Positions 8,563-16,764 of a stretch of 28,001 nucleotides of DNA are shown piece after piece. Below the pieces are notes generated by a model. That model was not told where the DNA came from and searched no databases. It was given only the letters and a program-made list of their open reading frames with translations. The translations under genes were made by a program, and so were the position numbers. How positions within the stretch are numbered: position 1 is the stretch's first letter; each line of letters begins with the position of its first letter. Origin of the DNA: Deltaproteobacteria bacterium (GTDB taxonomy: Bacteria; UBA10199; DSSB01); the NCBI GenBank assembly GCA_021772695.1, contig JAJFLL010000230.1, forward strand, positions 1 to 28,001, read 5' to 3'.

Positions 8563-9360
8563 ATGCCTGAAAATAATCAACCCCAGCCAGCACCGCAGGG
8601 CGAAAAAAAAACTTCTTATTGGGTCCTCATCTTGGGGGTTCTGATTGGAGGTGCCTTAATTACCTATTTTGTCTCTAAGAGCATGACACCTGAAGAACTT
8701 CCTCAATTCAAAGAGACTCAAAAGGTTTACAGCGATGGCGAAGTAGTTTTCTACGAAGGTGTCTTGAAGTCTGTAGAAAAAATTGCAGAGGCCAAGGAAT
8801 ATTTGTTTCAGGGAAATAATCTCTATAAAAACCCAAATTACCAGCCTGCCGAATCGGGGTCAGGTGCTTCAGGGCTTCCACAAGCAGAAACCGCGCCTTC
8901 AGATAAAAATGGATATTTAAAAGCTTCTGAAAAATATGCCTTGGCTCTGGAATATTTTAAAACAGCCAGGCAACTGCTCGATCAGTCGATGGTTTCGGGA
9001 TTGGGTCCCATTCATGAATCTTGCAGTGGTCAAATTAAAATGGTGATAGATAATTATATAAGTTCTACATCTCTATTTTTCGACGATGCCAATAATATGT
9101 ATTCGGGTGAAAAGATTGAAGACGATAATCAGGTGATTACTCAAGCTCGAGCCAAATACCTTTCAGCTGAAGACAATATGAGAGACACCCTGAAGGGAAA
9201 TTGTGGTAACAATCTGTTCATTTTCTGGAATGAATCGGAAAATGGGCAGCAAGAGCGTGCTGCCGCGATCATTAAAAAAATGTATGGGCAGCAGCCTGAA
9301 GTTCTCAAGGAATTGCTTGGCCTGCTATCCCAGCCGAAACCCGAAGGTCCGCAAAAATAG
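8563..9360 (+). CDS. Hypothetical single-pass membrane protein with a helical soluble domain
   Basis: 265-aa ORF, AAGGAG upstream, one TM segment (YWVLILGVLIGGALITYFV); no family recognised. Confidence 0.7.
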   Translation: MPENNQPQPAPQGEKKTSYWVLILGVLIGGALITYFVSKSMTPEELPQFKETQKVYSDGEVVFYEGVLKSVEKIAEAKEYLFQGNNLYKNPNYQPAESGSGASGLPQAETAPSDKNGYLKASEKYALALEYFKTARQLLDQSMVSGLGPIHESCSGQIKMVIDNYISSTSLFFDDANNMYSGEKIEDDNQVITQARAKYLSAEDNMRDTLKGNCGNNLFIFWNESENGQQERAAAIIKKMYGQQPEVLKELLGLLSQPKPEGPQK

Positions 9361-9515
9361 GTGGAATGTCTGATAAAATCGTAAAAGTTTTAAATACAGT
9401 TTGTGTGATTAAAAATAAAACCCTGCAGAAATTATCAAAGTTGGGAGCGTCTCAGCCACTGGGCCCATGGATTTCAACAGCTGTAGAGATGGGGGTTTTC
9501 ATTAAAGAGTTGGGT

Positions 9516-9689
9516 CTATTGCGGCACACATACGCCTTGCTGGTAGGGTGGGCTTAGGCATTTACAACCAGCATAACAGTCTGCATTTGAGAAACAGGGA
9601 GTCCCCCCTTGGCAATAAACACAGAATCCCGATTGAATGGGCACCAACAAAACTCCAAAAAAAATCACGATAAGAATAAAAGCCTTCAT
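9516..9689 (-). CDS. Small secreted cysteine-rich peptide (knottin-like), 57 aa
   Basis: Not in ORF track. MKAFILIVIFFGVLLVPIQSGFC-VYCQGGTPCFSNADCYAGCKCLSPPYQQGVCVPQ: signal peptide-like N-terminus followed by six regularly spaced Cys. RBS is weak. Confidence 0.72.
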   Translation of the reverse strand: MKAFILIVIFFGVLLVPIQSGFCVYCQGGTPCFSNADCYAGCKCLSPPYQQGVCVPQ

Positions 9690-9919
9690 TTTCTTAACCC
9701 TATAATCTTCATTCTCTAGGAAAAGGCACCTGGGGTCAAGGTACCCGTTAACTGAAAACCGCTTCGGTATATTTACCAGGATAATATTTTACAATTCTTT
9801 CGGGAGTATGCTAGCTGCAGCTCGGCGGAAAATTTCTAAGGTGCGTTGAAAGACGATTGAATTGGGTCCTCTGGGGGTAAAGGAAACCATCATTTTAAAA
9901 GAGATAGACGGAGATTCAT

Positions 9920-10429
9920 ATGAATTTATTCACTAAACTATTAAAAATCAGCCTCCCCGCACTTTTATTAGTATTGGGCTGTGTGACATCTGCCCAAGCC
10001 TCGACCCAAAGTCGACAGTTTCAATTGAATGGTGGCGTTGGTGTCTTTGTCGGTACAGAAGGTTTAGGTGCCGCCTTTGATTTTTCTCTGGAACCGGAAT
10101 TCTTTTTTACCGAGCACAATACCTTATCAGTTCGCATGGATTTTACCGCCGGTAACACCGACTCTTTTCATATCGGTGCACGCTGGCGCTACTACTTCGA
10201 TCTTCCCAGTGAAAAGATCAATCTCTTCGTAGGTGTCGGAATTGGTGGCGTCGTCAATTTTAACGGTGGAAATTTCGGTGATGCCGCCTTGCCTGTCTTT
10301 GGTTGGCAGTACGATCTCGGCCAACACCTAAAGATTGGGTCGGATATTTCTTTCGATATTATCTTCAACGGCAATAATGTGGCCTTCGCCGCGCGTCTGA
10401 TGCCCGTAGTCTTAAAGTGGGCGTTTTAG
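9920..10429 (+). CDS. Small outer-membrane beta-barrel protein
   Basis: Signal peptide (...SAQA), alternating Gly/aromatic beta-strands, C-terminal aromatic ...LKWAF; GGAG RBS. Confidence 0.75.
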   Translation: MNLFTKLLKISLPALLLVLGCVTSAQASTQSRQFQLNGGVGVFVGTEGLGAAFDFSLEPEFFFTEHNTLSVRMDFTAGNTDSFHIGARWRYYFDLPSEKINLFVGVGIGGVVNFNGGNFGDAALPVFGWQYDLGQHLKIGSDISFDIIFNGNNVAFAARLMPVVLKWAF

Positions 10430-10554
10430 TCTAAAAGACTAAATGTTTCAGTCGTTTATCTGTATTTAACTTTTCTTTTATCTGGGCGGTCCCAATCCTA
10501 AGGAAGAAAACCGCCCATATAGGCTGGGGTTTGGACCCCGTCAGGAGAGAAGTT

Positions 10555-10953
10555 ATGAAGTCCTTAAAAACCAAAATACTGATGTCGCTTTTTACTTTAG
10601 GTATAGCGTTTAGCTTTGCCTGGGGTGGAGGACTGGCTTACGCGGATCCGCCCCAATGGGCACCGGCCCATGGCTACCACGGCAAGAAATATAAAAAGTA
10701 TAAAAAGCACAAACACAAACATCATAAACATAAAAAATATTCTTATGTTTATTACCCCAATAACCAGGTCTACTACAGCCCGGTACGCCGCGGGTATTAT
10801 TATCCCTATCGGGGGAATTGGGTCTTTAATGTAAATCTTCCCAATTCCATCCGCCTAGGTCGAGCCGTGTCAATTGAACTGGGTGGTCCGACCCCTTATG
10901 CCTACCATCCCACGGTGATTAACCAATATCCCGTAGTGGTTGTTAACGATTAA
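10555..10953 (+). CDS. Secreted protein with PPxWAPAHGY motif and Lys/His/Tyr-rich tract
   Basis: AGGAG RBS then ATG 10555; signal peptide ending AYA; PPQWAPAHGYHGKKYKKYKKHKHKHHKHKKY. Confidence 0.75.
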   Translation: MKSLKTKILMSLFTLGIAFSFAWGGGLAYADPPQWAPAHGYHGKKYKKYKKHKHKHHKHKKYSYVYYPNNQVYYSPVRRGYYYPYRGNWVFNVNLPNSIRLGRAVSIELGGPTPYAYHPTVINQYPVVVVND

Positions 10954-10984
10954 TTGTTTATTAAAAAAATAAAAATAATTTTTT

Positions 10985-11029
10985 AATCTCCAGTCGACTC
11001 AATCTAGGTCGACTGGAGATTTTATTTTT
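10985..11029. terminator. Strong hairpin between convergent genes, probably a bidirectional terminator
   Basis: Perfect 14-bp inverted repeat AATCTCCAGTCGAC (10985-10998) / GTCGACTGGAGATT (11008-11021), 9-nt loop, T-rich 3' side and A-rich 5' side. Confidence 0.8.
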
Positions 11030-11060
11030 AGACTAGATCAAGTGCTGTGACCCACCCAAC

Positions 11061-12881
11061 TTACGACTGTTTTTTTTCTAATTCGGCCCAGCGAGCATAG
11101 TGCCCGTTCATTTTGCTTTCAAGCTCAGTGATAGATTCTGATAGTTCCAACAATCGTTTGGCATCGGTAACCACCTCTGGCTTTTCACTCTCTTTGCGTA
11201 GTGCTAAGACCTGGTCTTCGAGTTCCTGAATTTTGGCCTCCATGCCGTCAAATTCCCTTTGTTCTAGGTACCCCAATTTTTTTTTGCCTTTAGACTTTTC
11301 TGTAACCGCCGCCGAAGCATTTTCGGAATTGGCGGCAGGCTCCAACCGGCGGTGCCAAGTTTCCCATTGGTCTAGGGAGGCGAACGTGGTGATACTGCCG
11401 GCTTCGTTGCTGCCTTGGGGCCCAAAGGCGAGGATTTGTGTGGCCACCTCGTTTAAGAAAAATCGATCATGAGTGACTAATAATACCGCCCCAGGAAAAT
11501 CCGTCAGGCAATCCCGCAAAAGATCGAGGGTGCTGATGTCGAGATCATTGGTAGGTTCATCCAATACCAAAATATTAGCGGGCCTTAACATCAATTGTGC
11601 CAGTCTGAGGCGACTTTGTTCTCCGCCACTGAGCCGCCCCACGGGCATTTCTATTTGAGCGGGATTGAATAAAAATCGATCGAGGTAACTTCTAATGTGA
11701 ATGGGCTGGTCTCGGTAGTGGACGTGATCCCCTGAGGGGCACAGGGTTTTAAGTAAAGAGATTTCGGGATTTAAGGATTCGCGGTTTTGCTCAAAAAAGG
11801 AAAAATTAAGATTGTCGGCATGTTTGACCGAACCCGAATCGGGGGCTTCCAATCCCAATAAAATTCGCAGCAGGGTGGATTTGCCACAGCCATTTTCACC
11901 GAGCAACCCGACACAGGTCTTTGGCGTGATGGTGAGGTCGAGTTTTGTAAACAGCGGTTTGCCGTCGATGGATTTAGAAATTCCCTTGGCTGCAATCATC
12001 TTTTTTGGACGGCGTTCCTCGGCGGCGAAGTTGAGCCCCATTTCTCGGTTTCGGGTACGGTCTTGAATTTGGCCAAGTTCATCACTCAAGGCCTCAGCTC
12101 TTTGAATACGTGCCTGCTGCTTGGTACTTCTAGCCTTGGGGCCCCGGCGCAACCATTCTGTTTCCCTGCGAAGCGTATTTTTCATGGCGGCTTGGCGCTG
12201 ATCTTCGACCCTGAGCAAATTTTCTTTTGACTCAAGGTAATCGGCGTAGGTGCCAGAAACCGAGAGGATACCGTCTGGCAGGCGACGGTCAATTTCAAAG
12301 ATTCGGTTGCTGATTCGCTGCAGAAAAAGGCGGTCATGGGTGACGCACAAAACTGCGAATGGTGCTCGGGCCAAAAATTGTTCCAGCCAAAGTATACTTT
12401 CGACATCAAGGTGATTGGTCGGTTCATCGAGGAGTAGCAGGTCAGGGCGCTTGGCCAATTCTCTGGCTAGGGCCACCCGTTTTTTCCAACCCCCGGAAAG
12501 TTGTTCGATGGGCGTTTGGGGCAACACCCCGCGCGAGCCATCGAGGGAGAGTTTAGAAAGGTATTCTTGTACCGTGGCTTGAAATTCCCAGTCATGGGTG
12601 TCGGGATTCGAGGCCATGACTGCTGATTCTACGGTAGCCGCCGCGGTGAATTGAGGTACTTGTTCTAAGAAGCCCACCCGCAAACCCCGTCGAGGTGCGA
12701 GGTTGCCCGAATCCGCTTGGCTTTGTCCCGATAAAATTCTCAACAGGGTACTTTTTCCCGCCCCGTTGGGGCCGATCAAGCCTACCCGTTCGCCGTCGCT
12801 CAAGGTGAAGCTCAAATCTCGAAATAGATTTTGTGCCCCGTAATTTTTGGAGATCTCTTGAATGCTGATGATGATTCCCAT
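11061..12881 (-). CDS. uup: ABC-F family ATPase, Uup-type
   Basis: Two ABC domains (GPNGAGKS/LSGGW/LLDEPTNHLD and GENGCGKS/LSGGE/VLDEPTNDLD), linker E..WLRRGPKARSTKQQARI, C-terminal coiled coil, no TM segments. Confidence 0.88.
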   Translation of the reverse strand: MGIIISIQEISKNYGAQNLFRDLSFTLSDGERVGLIGPNGAGKSTLLRILSGQSQADSGNLAPRRGLRVGFLEQVPQFTAAATVESAVMASNPDTHDWEFQATVQEYLSKLSLDGSRGVLPQTPIEQLSGGWKKRVALARELAKRPDLLLLDEPTNHLDVESILWLEQFLARAPFAVLCVTHDRLFLQRISNRIFEIDRRLPDGILSVSGTYADYLESKENLLRVEDQRQAAMKNTLRRETEWLRRGPKARSTKQQARIQRAEALSDELGQIQDRTRNREMGLNFAAEERRPKKMIAAKGISKSIDGKPLFTKLDLTITPKTCVGLLGENGCGKSTLLRILLGLEAPDSGSVKHADNLNFSFFEQNRESLNPEISLLKTLCPSGDHVHYRDQPIHIRSYLDRFLFNPAQIEMPVGRLSGGEQSRLRLAQLMLRPANILVLDEPTNDLDISTLDLLRDCLTDFPGAVLLVTHDRFFLNEVATQILAFGPQGSNEAGSITTFASLDQWETWHRRLEPAANSENASAAVTEKSKGKKKLGYLEQREFDGMEAKIQELEDQVLALRKESEKPEVVTDAKRLLELSESITELESKMNGHYARWAELEKKQS

Positions 12882-13478
12882 GGTTTACCTTATGCAGGAC
12901 AATCTTGATTTGGGTTATACCCTATACAAACGCATGACCTAGGCGCCATTAACACTTCTATCCTATATTGGGTAAGGATTCGTTGGTCTGGGAGACCCTT
13001 AAAATTTGTGTTTTATCTACTGACGGTTCATTTGTCCGGTCCACCAATGGTCAGATGAAAACCCTAGTGCCTTCAATAGGCGCGTGCCCGGGCCTGTAAT
13101 TCAGCCGATCGCAAATGTATCGCAGCTATTCTCTACAATTTAGGTGGTGAATCCATATTCATTAATACGGAATCATTCTCGGCAAACCCTGGCTTTTACC
13201 TTGCTAAAAATTACTGAGAGTTCATAATTTACCTCACCGATTCCTGGGGAGGATTCTAGCTTAAAAAAGCAGGGGGTCGGGGGAGTTCTGGGGCACGAAC
13301 TTTTTGCGAATCTCCCGTAGGAAACGAAAATAAAAATATAAAATCTATCGAGGTAGGACGATGAGTAGGCGAGTTCTGCACGTCAAGCTTCGCACGCATC
13401 TTATTTGGCTTGGAAAATACCGGGTAACAAAGAGGCTGCTGTGGAGAGACTCGCTCGCCTAGGGAGGAGCTTCAACTG

Positions 13479-14531
13479 ATGTCTAATATCAGCTCTATCA
13501 AACAAGCAAATGCCCCGGAAGATCACGAAGGGTTGTGGCAAGAGATTCTGCGTAATCCTCAAGTGATGATTTGGATGAGTAACCCCCAGATGCAGTTTGT
13601 GAATGCGACTCAGCCTGGTTTGGAATTTTACGGAATTTCCTTGGAAGAGTTATGGGTCGCTGATTGGAAAAATTACATTCATCCTGAAGACTTAGGGCAG
13701 GTGCAACAATATTATGCCCTAGCCTTAATGGAACATCCGGTCATCAAACAGGAATATCGTGCCAAAAAGCATACTGGAGAATACGCCTGGTTATTGGATA
13801 TCAGTTATCCGCGTTTCGCTCCCAGTGGAGAATTTACCGGCTATGTGGGCTCTATTGTCGATATTACCGAGCAAATAATTCGGGAAAAAAGTTTAAAGGA
13901 AGAAATCGCCAAGATTAGCGAGTGGGAACAAAACCGAATTGGGGAAGACCTGCACGATGGCCTGGCGCAGGTGGTGTTGGGAATATCGCTTAAAGCCATG
14001 ATCATGGAAAATAAGCTGAAAAGGCGCGATCTTCCTGAGTTTTTGGTGGCGCAGGAAATTGCCAATGAGTCCAGTCGGGTTCTCGGTAGTTTGCGAAAAT
14101 TATCTCAAGCGCTTTTTCCAGCGGAGCTTTCCCAGCAGGAATTTTGCGGCTCCCTGCGCAATCTGGTGGAAAGCCATTCTCAAGAGCATGGAATCAAAAT
14201 GACCTTAAATGTGGATCCCGCTGCGGTGCCACCGGTTCCCGAACAGGCATTGCTCCTGTTTCGAATCGCGCAAGAAGCTGTGACCAACGCCGTTCGCCAC
14301 GGCAGGGCCAACCGAATCCATGTGTCGTTAAGAATCGGGTATCCCGGAAGTAATGTTTTGGAAGTTGCAGACGATGGAATCGGAATTTCCGGGGATCCCC
14401 GTGCCGCCGGCGGGCTCGGTTTACGGCTTATCGACTATCGGGCTGGCATACTCGGGGCCGAAATCGAAATTGGGAGAAGCCGAAAGGGCGGCACCGTCCT
14501 CAAGTGTTATTTCCGGTCGCAGGACCAATGA
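13479..14531 (+). CDS. Soluble PAS/PAC sensor histidine kinase (HisKA_3, NarX/UhpB class)
   Basis: PAS (IHPED...GEYAW...GYVGSIVDIT), H-box RIGEDLHDGLAQ, N-box QEAVTNAVRHG, G-boxes DDGIG and GLGL; no TM segment. Confidence 0.92.
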   Translation: MSNISSIKQANAPEDHEGLWQEILRNPQVMIWMSNPQMQFVNATQPGLEFYGISLEELWVADWKNYIHPEDLGQVQQYYALALMEHPVIKQEYRAKKHTGEYAWLLDISYPRFAPSGEFTGYVGSIVDITEQIIREKSLKEEIAKISEWEQNRIGEDLHDGLAQVVLGISLKAMIMENKLKRRDLPEFLVAQEIANESSRVLGSLRKLSQALFPAELSQQEFCGSLRNLVESHSQEHGIKMTLNVDPAAVPPVPEQALLLFRIAQEAVTNAVRHGRANRIHVSLRIGYPGSNVLEVADDGIGISGDPRAAGGLGLRLIDYRAGILGAEIEIGRSRKGGTVLKCYFRSQDQ

Positions 14532-15199
14532 ATACTAAAACACTGAAAAAGAAATACCGTATCGCATTAGTAGATGACCATCCGGTTGTGCTTAAGGGTT
14601 TGGCCGATCTGTTATCCGAAACCGAGGATCTTCAGGTTTGCGGAAAGGCCGAAGACGTGGAAGAGGCCCTGCAATTAGTCGCAGCTTCCGAACCCGATTT
14701 GGTCATCGTCGACCTTATCCTGAAGGGAATCCTTGGCATCGAACTCATCAAGGAACTACGCCAAAAATACCCACCCCTGCGAATTCTGGTTTTTTCGGTG
14801 AAACGGGAGGCTTGTTTCGCCGAGCGTGTCTTTAAGGCAGGGGCCGACGGCTACGTGGTGAAAGAAGATGCCCCGTTTGAAATTTTGCGCGCCGCCCACA
14901 CCTTGCTCAAAGGGGGTGTTTATGTGAGCAAAAAAATCCGCGAAGAAATGGTATTCGAGCCGGGAGTTCCGTTAGGCCAGGGAGGGAGGACCCTGATTCA
15001 GAAACTAAGCGACCGGGAATTGCAGGTGTTCAAATTATTGGGCCAAGGCTCCAATCCCCGCCAAATTGCCGATCAAGTGGGCGCAGGCGTCAAAACGGTC
15101 GAAACCTATTGTTTGAGAATTCGCAAAAAGCTGCACCTGCAAACCGGCTACGACTTGCTTCGTCTAGCCATCCAGCAGCACCCTGAAATATGGGATTAA
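14528..15199 (+). CDS. NarL/LuxR-family response regulator
   Basis: LVDDHP, phospho-Asp in IVDL, conserved Lys (YVVKE), HTH LSDRELQVFKLLGQG...KTVETY. ATGA start/stop overlap with the kinase. Confidence 0.93.
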   Translation: MNTKTLKKKYRIALVDDHPVVLKGLADLLSETEDLQVCGKAEDVEEALQLVAASEPDLVIVDLILKGILGIELIKELRQKYPPLRILVFSVKREACFAERVFKAGADGYVVKEDAPFEILRAAHTLLKGGVYVSKKIREEMVFEPGVPLGQGGRTLIQKLSDRELQVFKLLGQGSNPRQIADQVGAGVKTVETYCLRIRKKLHLQTGYDLLRLAIQQHPEIWD

Positions 15200-15576
15200 T
15201 ATGGGCTCAACCCATGCAATCTTGCCAATCCTTCCGATATTTTGTCAGGAAATCCCTGACTCACAATGATTGCGAACCCTGGCGACAAGTTTTTCATGGG
15301 TATGGTAAAGGTTTTATAGAATAGGGTGACCCTATTTGTGTAAGGATTTATCCGACTAGACATTACCCATACCCCTTCCCAAAATAACAAAACTTAATGA
15401 CAAACTAAAATTCCGGGTTAGTCGATTTTACGAAAAAAATTTGGATTATTTCGTGAATATTTTTTTCGCTCGATCAACCTACCCGCAATTTATTTTTTCT
15501 TTGATAGCAGGTGGCTCATGTTGAGATGCCTGAGTGTCGAAATGTGATTATTTTAAATTTCCAGGGAGGTGCTCGT

Positions 15577-16728
15577 ATGAAACGAATATTATTGTTTATT
15601 TTAATGGGGATCCTGGCCGGTTGCGGCTCGGCTGCAGATTTCAATGGACCCGCTGAGCTTTCCGAATTGGAAGGTAGGATCCATGCCGCCGAAGCCGTTG
15701 TCTTATCGGAGAACGATCCAGCCTCTGCTCAGAAAAATTTCGGGCTATCGGGACTATTTGACGGCCTCGTCTTGGAGGATGGCTTGGTGGGCGTGTCGCT
15801 TCACCTACCGACATCTCAAGGGACCATCGCCGCAAATTTATGGTTGTCGCCGGAATGTCTCTTGAAGCGGGATCGTCGCTTGGTGGCCTTGGTTCCCGGT
15901 ACTTTAGCCAACGGTGCGGAATATTACGAAGTGAGTCTTCCGGGACGGGAAGGTTTCAACACAGTCCGTGTTTTGGCCAAATCGGGCTATTGCGCTCTGA
16001 CAGTGGATCTGCCGGGAACCGGTGAGTCGGTGCATCCGGAGGACGGCATGAACTTGCGCAGTGCCGACAACGCCCAAGCGGTCGTGTCTGTCGCCCGGCC
16101 GGTGGCCACCATTCTGGGAATTCGCAAATGGGATGTTTACAGCGAAACGGGGACGGGTTCGACTGCTGCTTTGTTGCTGGCTCAACGTCGCGACCTGCGG
16201 TCCATGGTGCTCGCTTCCCCATGTTATACGCGCTACGGACCGGCATCGGCCCAGGCCTTTGATCCCGCCTTCCGCGCCTTTGCGGCGGTAACGCCCTATC
16301 TGCCCCTTGATCCGGGTTTGCTGCCCTTGTTTTTCGGTGCGGCATATCCCGATGTGGTGGAAGCGGCGGTGATCGGCCTGCTCGGGCCCGCACCGCAGGC
16401 CATTCCGACAGGCGTTGCCTTCAATGAAATTGCCGAAATCCCTTTCACCTTCGACGGAGTGACCGGTGAGTTTGTGCTCGCCGAGCCCATTGTCGCGGCG
16501 GCACCCGCCAAAGCGGATGCCCTATTCTTCCAGGGCACGCCCGATTTCGTTTGTAGTGTAGGAGGTGCTTCCGAAATGACCGCTGAATATGGCGTCACGG
16601 GCGGTGGCAACGCCTCGCTGCTTACCGTTCCGGGGGCTTCCCACCTGATGCGCTTTGATGCGCCCTTCAGCGACGGAGCCGACAGCGAATTTTGGTCGCC
16701 GATTTTGGTATTTCTGGCGGATCACTAA
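15577..16728 (+). CDS. Alpha/beta-hydrolase-fold lipoprotein with atypical nucleophile elbow
   Basis: GGAGGT RBS then ATG 15577; lipobox ILAGC; LVPGT, GYCALTVDLPGTGES, QGTPDFV (acid), PGASHL (His). Elbow region reads DVYSETGTG. Confidence 0.8.
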   Translation: MKRILLFILMGILAGCGSAADFNGPAELSELEGRIHAAEAVVLSENDPASAQKNFGLSGLFDGLVLEDGLVGVSLHLPTSQGTIAANLWLSPECLLKRDRRLVALVPGTLANGAEYYEVSLPGREGFNTVRVLAKSGYCALTVDLPGTGESVHPEDGMNLRSADNAQAVVSVARPVATILGIRKWDVYSETGTGSTAALLLAQRRDLRSMVLASPCYTRYGPASAQAFDPAFRAFAAVTPYLPLDPGLLPLFFGAAYPDVVEAAVIGLLGPAPQAIPTGVAFNEIAEIPFTFDGVTGEFVLAEPIVAAAPAKADALFFQGTPDFVCSVGGASEMTAEYGVTGGGNASLLTVPGASHLMRFDAPFSDGADSEFWSPILVFLADH

Positions 16729-16764
16729 GGGGTGTTTCGATATCAATTTAGGGAGGACAGACTC

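Noticed and set aside
9366-9557. 63-aa plus-strand ORF in the track
   Set aside because: No recognisable features, and it overlaps the better-supported Cys-rich peptide on the opposite strand.
9737-9790. TPP-riboswitch-like words (GGGGT, TACCCGT, CTGA, GGATAAT)
   Set aside because: The conserved CTGAGA element is missing, the spacing is wrong, and no thiamine-related gene follows.
11061-12881. ABC-F as an antibiotic-resistance (ARE) determinant
   Set aside because: Linker sequence and C-terminal coiled coil fit housekeeping Uup.
13286-13306. Sigma54-like GGCACG...TTGC
   Set aside because: GG-to-GC spacing is 12 nt rather than the required 10.
15511-15576. Longer N-termini given by the track (15511; likewise 16732, 5881, 4673, 10531, 14504, 3433)
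   Set aside because: Downstream ATGs have clear Shine-Dalgarno sequences or stop/start coupling, and for exported proteins they place the signal peptide at the N-terminus.
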